Shown in pieces: positions 17,042-24,000 of a stretch of 24,000 nucleotides of DNA (position 1 is its first letter; every line of letters begins with the position of its first letter). The stretch is from Candidatus Calditenuaceae archaeon. GTDB taxonomy: Archaea > Thermoproteota > Nitrososphaeria_A > Caldarchaeales > Calditenuaceae. The notes under the pieces were generated by a model. That model was not told the DNA's origin. It made no database searches and saw nothing but the letters and a program-made list of their open reading frames with translations. Location: contig JANXDI010000029.1 in assembly GCA_025059595.1 (NCBI GenBank), positions 258,735-282,734 of the forward strand, read 5' to 3'. Both the position numbers and the translations under genes were made by a program.

Positions 17042-17413
17042 ATGCGAATATCGAGGGCTGACGAGAACGAGGAGTTGGAGGAGATTGTCAGATATATCAA
17101 CGAGAAGTGTAGTGAGGGTGCGGCGGTTCTGGTGGAGGGTGTGAGTGACAGAGAGGCGCTTTCAGGTAGAGGAGTCAGAGGTAAAATCTTTACACTTCAC
17201 GAATTCTTGAAAATAGTGGAATTTGATGCCTTAAACATGGAGTTGATTGCGCTTCTGGACCTTGACAGGGAGGGTGAACGGATTTTGAGGTGGCTCGAGG
17301 GAAGGACTTCGCATTCGCTAAAGCTTGACTACTCGACGAGGATGAAGCTCAGGAAGACGCAAAGATACAGACGGGGTCTCAGAACCGTGCATCAGATATT
17401 TATGGGCCCTTGA
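17042..17413 (+). CDS. Small Toprim-domain protein
   Basis: AAVLVEGVSDREAL (Toprim Glu motif) and LIALLDLDREGERILRWL (DxD motif), in a 123-aa stand-alone protein. Confidence 0.8.
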   Translation: MRISRADENEELEEIVRYINEKCSEGAAVLVEGVSDREALSGRGVRGKIFTLHEFLKIVEFDALNMELIALLDLDREGERILRWLEGRTSHSLKLDYSTRMKLRKTQRYRRGLRTVHQIFMGP

Positions 17414-19773
17414 ATAAGTCGGCTTTAGCGTTGGAAACTGGGAGATTTGAGCCGAGGCTCGAGAAGACGCGTTGGGAGCCGAGGATGGAGGAGGAGTTAC
17501 TCGCGAAATGGGAGTCGGAAGGAATCTACGCCTTCAATAAAAACTCAAGACGACGCCTTTTCCTCATCGATACGCCCCCACCATATCCATCTGGAAGACC
17601 CTGGCATATAGGGGCTGCGGCCCACTACACGCAGATAGACATGATTGCGAGGACAGCGAGGATGATGGGGTTTGAGGTCTACTTCCCCATAGGAATCGAT
17701 AGGAACGGCATTCCTGTCGAGAGATATGTTGAGCGGGAGAAAAAGATTAAGCTAACGGCCCTTCCGCGGGAAGATTTCCTACGCATCTGCTCGGAAACCC
17801 TAGACGAGCTGGAGTCTGAGATGCTCTGGATAATGAGGAGGGCAGGCCTCTCAGGAGACTTCAAAGGCCGCTACCGGACCGACTCGCAAGAATATAGGGC
17901 ACTGACTCAAGCCACGTTCATCGAACTCTTCAAGAAAGGGCTAATCTACAGGTCCTCGAGGCCTAACAATTTCTGCCCAGACTGCGGAACAACAATTGCG
18001 GACGCCGAAGTGGACTATGCCGAGATGCCCACAGACCTTGTCTACATGCGCTTCGACCTCAAAGACGGAGGAGGGGTAGTGGTTGCCAGCACGCGTCCTG
18101 AGCTTCTCGGAGCATGCAAGGCGGTCATCTATAACCCCGTCGATGAGAGATACTTGGGCCTTGAGGAGAAGAGTGCTGTCGTCCCAATTTATGGCAGAGT
18201 GGTTCCAATAATCCCTCACGGCGCTGCGAAGCCGGAGTTTGGAACAGGCCTTGTGATGGTCTGCAGCTATGGTGATAAGACAGACATCCAGCTCTTCCGC
18301 GAGCTTGGTCTTGAGGAGGTCATCCTCATAGGGCCTGACGGTCGGTTGCTCGAGGCCGCCGGGCCGCTGAGGGGGCTTACGGTGGAGGAGGCGAGGCGTA
18401 AGGTTGTTGATTTGCTGTCAAGCGAGGGGAGGGTTGTCAAGGTGGAGAGAATAATGCATCAAGTGCCTGTTTGCGAGAGGTCCAATACTCCTATCGAGAT
18501 TATACCTATGGACGACTACTATCTCGTCCAGCTGAGTCTGAAGGATGAGCTGCTGAGGGCCAGCCACAAGATGGCCTTCCACCCCGAGTTCCACAGGCAG
18601 CTACTCATCGATTGGATAAACTCTCTCCGTATCGACTGGCCCATCTCCAGAAGAAGATACTACGCAACCGAGATTCCTATATGGTATTGCAAGTCTTGCA
18701 GCGCGCCGAACCTCCCTCCCCCCGGCAGATACTACATGCCATGGAAGGAGAAACCTCCCTTCGAGAAGTGCGTAAACTGCGGCGGCACAGAGTTTGTTGG
18801 CGAGGTGAAGACCCTAGACACTTGGGTTGACTCCAGCATCTCCCCACTCTACGTCGCGGGATACATGAGAGACCAGAAGCTCTTCCGCCGCGCCTACCCC
18901 GTCGCCCTGAGGCCGCAGGGGAAAGACATAATCCGGACATGGCTATACTACACCCTCCTGAGATGCTATCAGCTCACCGGGAAGCCACCCTTCAAGAACG
19001 TTTGGGTTAGTGGGATGGGTCTTGATGAAAAAGGTGAGAAGATGAGTAAGAGTAGAGGGAACGTAATCGACCCGCGGCCGATACTTGACAAGTATGGTGC
19101 AGACATCTTCCGCTTCTGGTCGGCCCAAGAGGCGAGCTTGGGATACGACTTCAGAATCTCGGAGGCGAGGATTTCAGCAGCGGGGAGGTTCATAACGAAG
19201 CTCTGGAACGTCGCTAGATACGTCTCACAGTTCCCCCAGCCTCGTAGAGTGAGGCTGACACAAACGGATAGGTGGATACTCTCTGAGCTCTCGGCGCTGG
19301 TTGAAGAGTCGATGGAGGGATACAGGAGCTACAACTTCTTCATACCAGCTACGCACATAAGGAATTTTGTCTGGAATCTATTCGCTGACCACTATATCGA
19401 GATGACAAAGATGAGGGCTCTCGGCAGAGTGTCGGGTGGTGGCGGAATGCGGGCCGCATGGCACACTCTCCACACTGTGCTCAGGACTTGCCTACTACTC
19501 CTCGCCCCAATCACCCCCTTCAGCACGGACTATGTCTGGCAGGCCCTATACTCTACGAGGTCGATTCACTTGGAGAGATTCCCGAAGCCGAGGTGGAACA
19601 AAGACTATAGAAGATACACGGAGAAGATTGTCTCCTTCAACAGTGAAGTCTGGAGGCTGAAGAAGTTGAGGAACTTGTCTCTCAGGGACCCTATCGAGGT
19701 AAGCGTCCCGGATGAACTCTCACCCTTCAAAGCAGACTTGGTGGCGATGCACAACATAGTGGAGAGAGCCTGA
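17410..19773 (+). CDS. valS: Valyl-tRNA synthetase, archaeal type
   Basis: IDTPPPYPSGRPWHIGAAAHYTQIDMIARTARMMGFEVYFPIGIDRNGIPVERYVERE, VVVASTRPELLGACKAVIYNP, LRPQGKDIIRTWLYYTLLR, KMSKSRGNVIDP. TTG start overlapping the upstream stop. Confidence 0.88.
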   Translation: MNKSALALETGRFEPRLEKTRWEPRMEEELLAKWESEGIYAFNKNSRRRLFLIDTPPPYPSGRPWHIGAAAHYTQIDMIARTARMMGFEVYFPIGIDRNGIPVERYVEREKKIKLTALPREDFLRICSETLDELESEMLWIMRRAGLSGDFKGRYRTDSQEYRALTQATFIELFKKGLIYRSSRPNNFCPDCGTTIADAEVDYAEMPTDLVYMRFDLKDGGGVVVASTRPELLGACKAVIYNPVDERYLGLEEKSAVVPIYGRVVPIIPHGAAKPEFGTGLVMVCSYGDKTDIQLFRELGLEEVILIGPDGRLLEAAGPLRGLTVEEARRKVVDLLSSEGRVVKVERIMHQVPVCERSNTPIEIIPMDDYYLVQLSLKDELLRASHKMAFHPEFHRQLLIDWINSLRIDWPISRRRYYATEIPIWYCKSCSAPNLPPPGRYYMPWKEKPPFEKCVNCGGTEFVGEVKTLDTWVDSSISPLYVAGYMRDQKLFRRAYPVALRPQGKDIIRTWLYYTLLRCYQLTGKPPFKNVWVSGMGLDEKGEKMSKSRGNVIDPRPILDKYGADIFRFWSAQEASLGYDFRISEARISAAGRFITKLWNVARYVSQFPQPRRVRLTQTDRWILSELSALVEESMEGYRSYNFFIPATHIRNFVWNLFADHYIEMTKMRALGRVSGGGGMRAAWHTLHTVLRTCLLLLAPITPFSTDYVWQALYSTRSIHLERFPKPRWNKDYRRYTEKIVSFNSEVWRLKKLRNLSLRDPIEVSVPDELSPFKADLVAMHNIVERA

Positions 19774-20051
19774 GAGACTTGGTCAGACTGCCCATCGACG
19801 CCTCACAAATCGGCGTGGACGTCGGTCATCATCCCATCCCCTAGAATTGGGGCTGCGGCTAATAAGGCTGTATTAAGACGGTTTACATGAATTCACAAGG
19901 TAGCTGAGACATCTTCATCTGAGATTGTGAGAGTTTCTATAAGAGGTCCAGGAGGCCACCCAAGCAATTAGATAAGGGCAGGCCAATGAAAGGGGCAGGG
20001 TAGAGTTGATAGAGATGCAAATATTTCTGACCGCCTAGACAGTTATTAGAT

Positions 20052-20465
20052 ATGGGAGCGGATAGAAAGGCCGCGGTGCGAGCCATTTTAGAGAAGGAGG
20101 GGACGAGCCCAGAATTCACGGCTGCTGCGGATATACTGAGGGCCATGGTTATTCTTTATGGAGCGGGTTGGGAGAGCGATGTCTTGGACGTCCTCTCTGG
20201 CGTCTGGAGCCTCAAGAACTTGTCTCTTGAGAGCATAGCGGACCTTCGTAAAAGATTACCGGGCGCTGTGAAGATTCTGGAGGAGTCCCGCCTTGTTACC
20301 GTGGAGACTCGTTTGAGACCTTACTTAGAGGAGGCGAAGCCCGTTGAGGAGAGGTTTTACAGCGCGCTGGATTTACCTACACTATTGCGTGCACTAGTAT
20401 CGGACAGATATATCGACAGGTATAGGTTTGAGGTCTCTGGATGGACCCGGCCGCCCAAGCAGTAA
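20052..20465 (+). CDS. Hypothetical protein (helical)
   Basis: 137-aa ORF, MGADRKAAVRAILEKEGTSPEFTAAADILRAMVILYGAGWESDVLDVLSGVWSLKNL... No recognised family. Confidence 0.5.
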   Translation: MGADRKAAVRAILEKEGTSPEFTAAADILRAMVILYGAGWESDVLDVLSGVWSLKNLSLESIADLRKRLPGAVKILEESRLVTVETRLRPYLEEAKPVEERFYSALDLPTLLRALVSDRYIDRYRFEVSGWTRPPKQ

Positions 20466-20605
20466 TGGTTACGGCGGTAGCTTTATGACAGTTGGAATGA
20501 AGGTCTAGCTAAGCTCTTTCAAATACGTCTTACTTTGCCGCTGCGATGCCGACATTAATTGAGATGCGAATTTTTACTCCGGAGGTCGGCGACCTACACG
20601 ATTAA

Positions 20606-21013
20606 ATGCGGCGGTTGCAGTGGGACTTCGATATGGCAAGGTATGTGAGGGACAAATTCCTCGAGGAGTATGTGAGGAAGGTTGGTGACCGTGCCGGCCT
20701 CAACTACCTCGATTATTCCAGAATCAGGTGTGTGAGGAGCTATGAGGCCAAGTCGCGGAGCGTAGCTGCGCGAATCCACTCAGCGAGCAGAGCCCTCTGG
20801 GCCGGCATGAGCCTCAGCCCCCACTACGTTATCGAGTTCGTCTCAGAGGTCTTCGACAGGTTGCCGGAGGAGGAGAAGGCTGAAGTTGTCCTTCACGAGC
20901 TTCTCCACATACCCCGGGTGATGGGGGGCGGGTTGATAGGGCATGGGGCTTTAGACTTCAAGAGCGAGGTTAGGAGGCTTTTGAAGAGGGTGAAGGCGGC
21001 TGAAGAGGTTTAG
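20606..21013 (+). CDS. Putative metallopeptidase-like protein (HExxH)
   Basis: AEVVLHELLHIPRVMGGGLIGHGALDF: HExxH with a downstream His, fitting a small archaeal zincin-like family. Confidence 0.7.
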   Translation: MRRLQWDFDMARYVRDKFLEEYVRKVGDRAGLNYLDYSRIRCVRSYEAKSRSVAARIHSASRALWAGMSLSPHYVIEFVSEVFDRLPEEEKAEVVLHELLHIPRVMGGGLIGHGALDFKSEVRRLLKRVKAAEEV

Positions 21014-21672
21014 CCGATTATCCCTATGACGGTGCAGGGCGCGCTATCCACCTCCTCCAGCAGAAGAGGAGCGATAATCACGTAGCTGTATTCGGACGGC
21101 TTCCCCTCCAAGTCCATGTCCTCCACTATCAGGAAACGGTTGTCGGAGAGTAGTATCCGGTGAGATTCGCGGCCTTCTTCCCTTCTGAGAGGAGTCGAGA
21201 CGCTGATGGCATCTAAGCCGAGGCCCCTCAATTCCGGGGCCTCTTTCCTGATGAGTGTTGCGGCTGACGGAGAGAAGAGGAGCCCTTTGCCGGCATATGC
21301 CTCAGGGTCGGAGCTCCTAAATCTCTGAAGACCGGTCCTAACGAGCAGTAGACTACAGCCTTTGATTACTTTTAAGTAGGGCTCCAAGTCCTTTGCCGAG
21401 ACCTCGTCCCCCGGCTTCTTCGGAATGTCTATCAGGCGTACTTTGGTGAAGACAAGCTCGTCTGGCATGTATTCAGATATCTTGCGCCCATTTTGATAGA
21501 AGTGGTTGGGGGCGTCTACGTGTGTGCCTGTGTGATTGGCCATGCCTATGAACCATAAGTTGCTTGAGTCTCCCCGTGCTATACTTCGATGTTGTGAAAG
21601 CTGGATAGGTGGAGTTCCGGGGTAGAGTGGTGTAGTCCGCCCTATTTTATGAGACAATAGTACTAGCCTCAT
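21010..21672 (-). CDS. Cyclase family protein (kynurenine formamidase-like)
   Basis: MRLVLLSHKIGRTTPLYPGTPP..., MANHTGTHVDAPNHFYQNGRKISEY (HxGTHxDAPxH motif), LLLVRTGLQRF. ATG 21672 preferred over track start 21846. Confidence 0.87.
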   Translation of the reverse strand: MRLVLLSHKIGRTTPLYPGTPPIQLSQHRSIARGDSSNLWFIGMANHTGTHVDAPNHFYQNGRKISEYMPDELVFTKVRLIDIPKKPGDEVSAKDLEPYLKVIKGCSLLLVRTGLQRFRSSDPEAYAGKGLLFSPSAATLIRKEAPELRGLGLDAISVSTPLRREEGRESHRILLSDNRFLIVEDMDLEGKPSEYSYVIIAPLLLEEVDSAPCTVIGIIG

Positions 21673-21768
21673 CTCTTCGTCGGATTTTAAGCCGATAGGC
21701 CGCTTTTTAATACTATTCTGGATGGAGCGGAGTAGGGATATATTGGGCGTGAGCAAGCTTATCACCGG

Positions 21769-22803
21769 ATGAGGGGCATAAGCCTCGGCTATTGGGTGGC
21801 GCAGGAGCAATACCCCCCTGACAGGCTGATGGAGTTCGCCATTCACGCATCGATAGTTGGCTTCGACACATTAGTGACGAGCGACCACTTCCACCCTTGG
21901 AGGGATAATGGGGGGCAGTCCGCACACCCTTGGATTTGGCTAACCGCCGCCGCCGAGCGGCTTAAAGGTGTTGAGGTCGGGACAGCTGTTACGACACCCA
22001 TCTTCAGATACCACCCCGCGATAGTCGCGCAGGCCTTCGCCACACTTGACTACATGTATCCAGGCCGCGTCTTCCTGACCGTCGGGACTGGGCACGCGAT
22101 GAACGAGGTGCCCTTGGGATTCCAGTGGCCTGGATACAAGGAGAAGATTGAGAGACTGCGAGAGGCTGTTGAGATAATTCAGTTGCTTTGGCGCGGAGAC
22201 TTTGTCGATTATGAGGGGAAGTATTATCGCTTGGTGAAGGCTAAGCTCTACACGAAACCCAAAAAGCGCGTTAAACTCTACATCGCGACCTCTGACAAGA
22301 GGGTCGCCGAGATTGCCGGGCAGCTTACAGACGGCATCCTGACTAATCCGAGGGGGCTTGAGAATTATCAGCTCATCATAAAATCCCTCGAGGATGGTGC
22401 ACGGAAGGCGGGTAGAGACATCTCAACCCTCAGCAAGTGCATGGAGTTTAAAGTCTCTTATGACCCGGACTATGATAAGGCTCTTGAAGGTGCTCTGTTC
22501 TGGGCGCCGACGGCGATTCCGAGGGAGAAGAGGGAGGGGGTTGCTGACCCTCGCGAGCTCGAAGCTATGGTAGGTGATGCGGAGGTGGAGAAGATTAAGA
22601 GGACCTGGCTCATTACGAACAACTCAGACGACATTTACAAGGCGCTTGGAGATTTCCTTAAGCTCGGCTTCGACAGGGTCTTCATTCACAGCTCCTCACC
22701 AGACGAGGAGAAGTTCCTCAACCTTCTCGGGAGGGAGATACTTCCGTGGGTGAGGGAGTATTACGAGAGCCTCCAGATTCCGATTAGAATCTCCTCAGAG
22801 TGA
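21769..22803 (+). CDS. F420-dependent glucose-6-phosphate dehydrogenase-like oxidoreductase (LLM/luciferase-like family)
   Basis: TSDHFHPWRDNGGQSAHPWIWLTAAAER, GTAVTTPIFRYHPAIVAQAFATLDYMYPGRVFLTVGTGHAMNE, KVSYDPDYDKALEGALFWAPTA: close recalled match to mycobacterial Fgd1 throughout. Confidence 0.88.
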   Translation: MRGISLGYWVAQEQYPPDRLMEFAIHASIVGFDTLVTSDHFHPWRDNGGQSAHPWIWLTAAAERLKGVEVGTAVTTPIFRYHPAIVAQAFATLDYMYPGRVFLTVGTGHAMNEVPLGFQWPGYKEKIERLREAVEIIQLLWRGDFVDYEGKYYRLVKAKLYTKPKKRVKLYIATSDKRVAEIAGQLTDGILTNPRGLENYQLIIKSLEDGARKAGRDISTLSKCMEFKVSYDPDYDKALEGALFWAPTAIPREKREGVADPRELEAMVGDAEVEKIKRTWLITNNSDDIYKALGDFLKLGFDRVFIHSSSPDEEKFLNLLGREILPWVREYYESLQIPIRISSE

Positions 22804-22810
22804 GGGCCGC

Positions 22811-23158
22811 TTGGAGGTCATCTTCTACGGTTATAAGCGTTGTAATACGAGTAGGAAGATTGAGGCGGCCTTGAGGACGCATGACGTGAAAATAAGGTTT
22901 GTGGACATCGTGCGAGAGCCACCTGAAAAGGCGGTTTTGAACAGACTTATCGAGAAGTATGGTGTTGAGGGGATTGTCAGGAGGGGTAAGCTGGAGGCGA
23001 GACTTCTCTTAGAGAAGGAAGGGCTTGAGAACCTTCTCGAGTTTCTCAGGCGTGAGCCTAACAGGCTGATTCGCCCCGTCGTGATTGCAGGCGGAGAGGT
23101 TTACGCCGGTTTGGATGCCTTAAAATTGACAGACTCCGGAGGAGGGTTGCGGAGATGA
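22811..23158 (+). CDS. ArsC/Spx-family thioredoxin-fold protein (arsenate reductase-like)
   Basis: VIFYGYKRCNTSRKIEAALRTHDVKIRFVDIVREPPEKAVLNRLIEKYG...LLEFLRREPNRLIRPVV: ArsC/Spx fold with a single N-terminal Cys (RCNTS). TTG start. Confidence 0.8.
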   Translation: MEVIFYGYKRCNTSRKIEAALRTHDVKIRFVDIVREPPEKAVLNRLIEKYGVEGIVRRGKLEARLLLEKEGLENLLEFLRREPNRLIRPVVIAGGEVYAGLDALKLTDSGGGLRR

Positions 23159-24000
23159 GCCTGCTCGACGTGGGGGTTTACGGCCTCGGAGTGATGGGTG
23201 AGGCCTTCGCCCTGAACCTTGAGAGGAGGGGTCTGGGTGTGGCCGTGTATAATAGGACCGTCGAGAGGACCCGTCAGTTCATTCAAGGCAGGGCAAGGGG
23301 GCGTAAGATTCAGGGGTTCACCGAGGTTAGAGATTTCGTCAACTCACTTTCGAGGCCTCGGACGATTATTCTCTTTGTGAAGGCGGGTAAGCCTGTTGAT
23401 GACGTGATAGAAGGCCTCGTTGGGATGCTTGATAGAGGTGATGTCCTCCTCGATTGCGGCAACTCGCATTACAAGGACTCAGATAGAAGATTCACCGAGC
23501 TTGCCTCGAAGGGAATAAGATTTCTCGGTGTAGGTGTGAGCGGCGGAGAGGAGGGCGCCCTTAGAGGCCCCTCCATGATGTTCGGTGGAGACTACTCCGC
23601 CTACGCCGAGGCCGAGAGCACTATCGGGAGGGCGGCGGCGGTCTTCGAGGACTCTCGATGCGTCGGCTACTTCGGAGAGGGAGGTGGTGGACATTTCGTC
23701 AAAATAATTCACAACGGAATCGAGTACGCCATCATGGAGGCGATTGCCGAGGCTTATGACTTCCTCACGAGAGGGCTCGGACTGTCCTCGGGTGAGGCGG
23801 GTGAAGTCTTCGAGGAGTGGGGGCGTGGGGAGCTTCGGTCATTTCTGGTGGAGGCAGCCTCGAAGGTTGCTAGGCACATCGACAGCGAGACTGGGAGACC
23901 GCTTGTCGAGCTTATCGTTGATGAGGCGGAGCAGAAGGGGACAGGAAGATGGGCCGTCGAGGCGGCCCTCGAGCTCGGCGTCTCGGCTCCAACTATCGCG
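23155..24000 (+). CDS. gnd: 6-phosphogluconate dehydrogenase (decarboxylating), N-terminal part (continues off the right edge)
   Basis: Read directly from ATG 23155: MSLLDVGVYGLGVMGEAFALNLERRGLGVAVYNRTVERT..., FVKAGKPVDDVI, LLDCGNSHYKDSDRR, GVGVSGGEEGALRGPSMMFGG, HFVKIIHNGIEYAIMEAIAEAYD, QKGTGRWAVEAALELGVSAPTIA. Absent from the ORF track, probably because it is open at the edge. Confidence 0.94.
   Translation, partial: MSLLDVGVYGLGVMGEAFALNLERRGLGVAVYNRTVERTRQFIQGRARGRKIQGFTEVRDFVNSLSRPRTIILFVKAGKPVDDVIEGLVGMLDRGDVLLDCGNSHYKDSDRRFTELASKGIRFLGVGVSGGEEGALRGPSMMFGGDYSAYAEAESTIGRAAAVFEDSRCVGYFGEGGGGHFVKIIHNGIEYAIMEAIAEAYDFLTRGLGLSSGEAGEVFEEWGRGELRSFLVEAASKVARHIDSETGRPLVELIVDEAEQKGTGRWAVEAALELGVSAPTIA

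Noticed and set aside
17466-17720. ValRS HIGH motif reads HIGA (PWHIGAAAHY); suspected inactivation
   Set aside because: As recalled, this PWHIGA-type variant is normal for some archaeal ValRS, and KMSKS plus editing motifs are intact.
19774-20051. Possible C/D-box sRNA or frameshifted ValS extension in the gap (CTGA boxes near 19890-19925; frame encoding RDLVRLPIDASQIGVDVGHHPIP)
   Set aside because: No convincing C box or spacing, and the short extension has no recognisable ValRS C-terminal match.
1-24000. CRISPR arrays, transposases, integrases, toxin-antitoxin or defence islands
   Set aside because: No regularly spaced repeats, terminal inverted repeats or recognisable mobile/defence proteins were seen; the only RHH protein pairs with ftsZ, not with a toxin.

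Overview
This 24 kb window appears to be a gene-dense chromosomal segment from a probably thermophilic archaeon. Evidence for that: archaeal NadM, PAC2, a split glutamate synthase, FtsZ, archaeal-type ValRS and MetRS, and intron-bearing tRNA without encoded CCA. All calls come from reading the sequence and recognising motifs; no searches were run. In order, the window holds the N-terminus of an SdhA/FrdA flavoprotein, a C2H2 zinc-finger protein, nadM, an unknown ORF, a three-gene glutamate-synthase-like cluster, Lrp/AsnC, MscS, and tRNA-Gln(CUG) with two apparent introns. These are followed by PAC2, TyrA, SOD, sucC, unknown small genes, tRNA-Lys(CUU), metG, ftsZ with an unlisted ribbon-helix-helix gene just upstream, a Toprim protein, valS, an unknown ORF, a putative metallopeptidase, a cyclase/formamidase, an FGD-like F420 oxidoreductase, an ArsC/Spx-like protein and the start of gnd. 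No mobile element, CRISPR array or classical defence island was seen. The best leads are: (1) the 48-aa RHH gene overlapping the ftsZ start, resembling haloarchaeal CdrS; (2) the doubly interrupted tRNA-Gln; (3) a degenerate second FMN-barrel paralog inside the glutamate synthase cluster; (4) several conserved genes with no ATG/GTG/TTG where homology requires a start; and (5) an F420-dependent G6PDH-like/6PGDH cluster suggesting an oxidative pentose phosphate branch.
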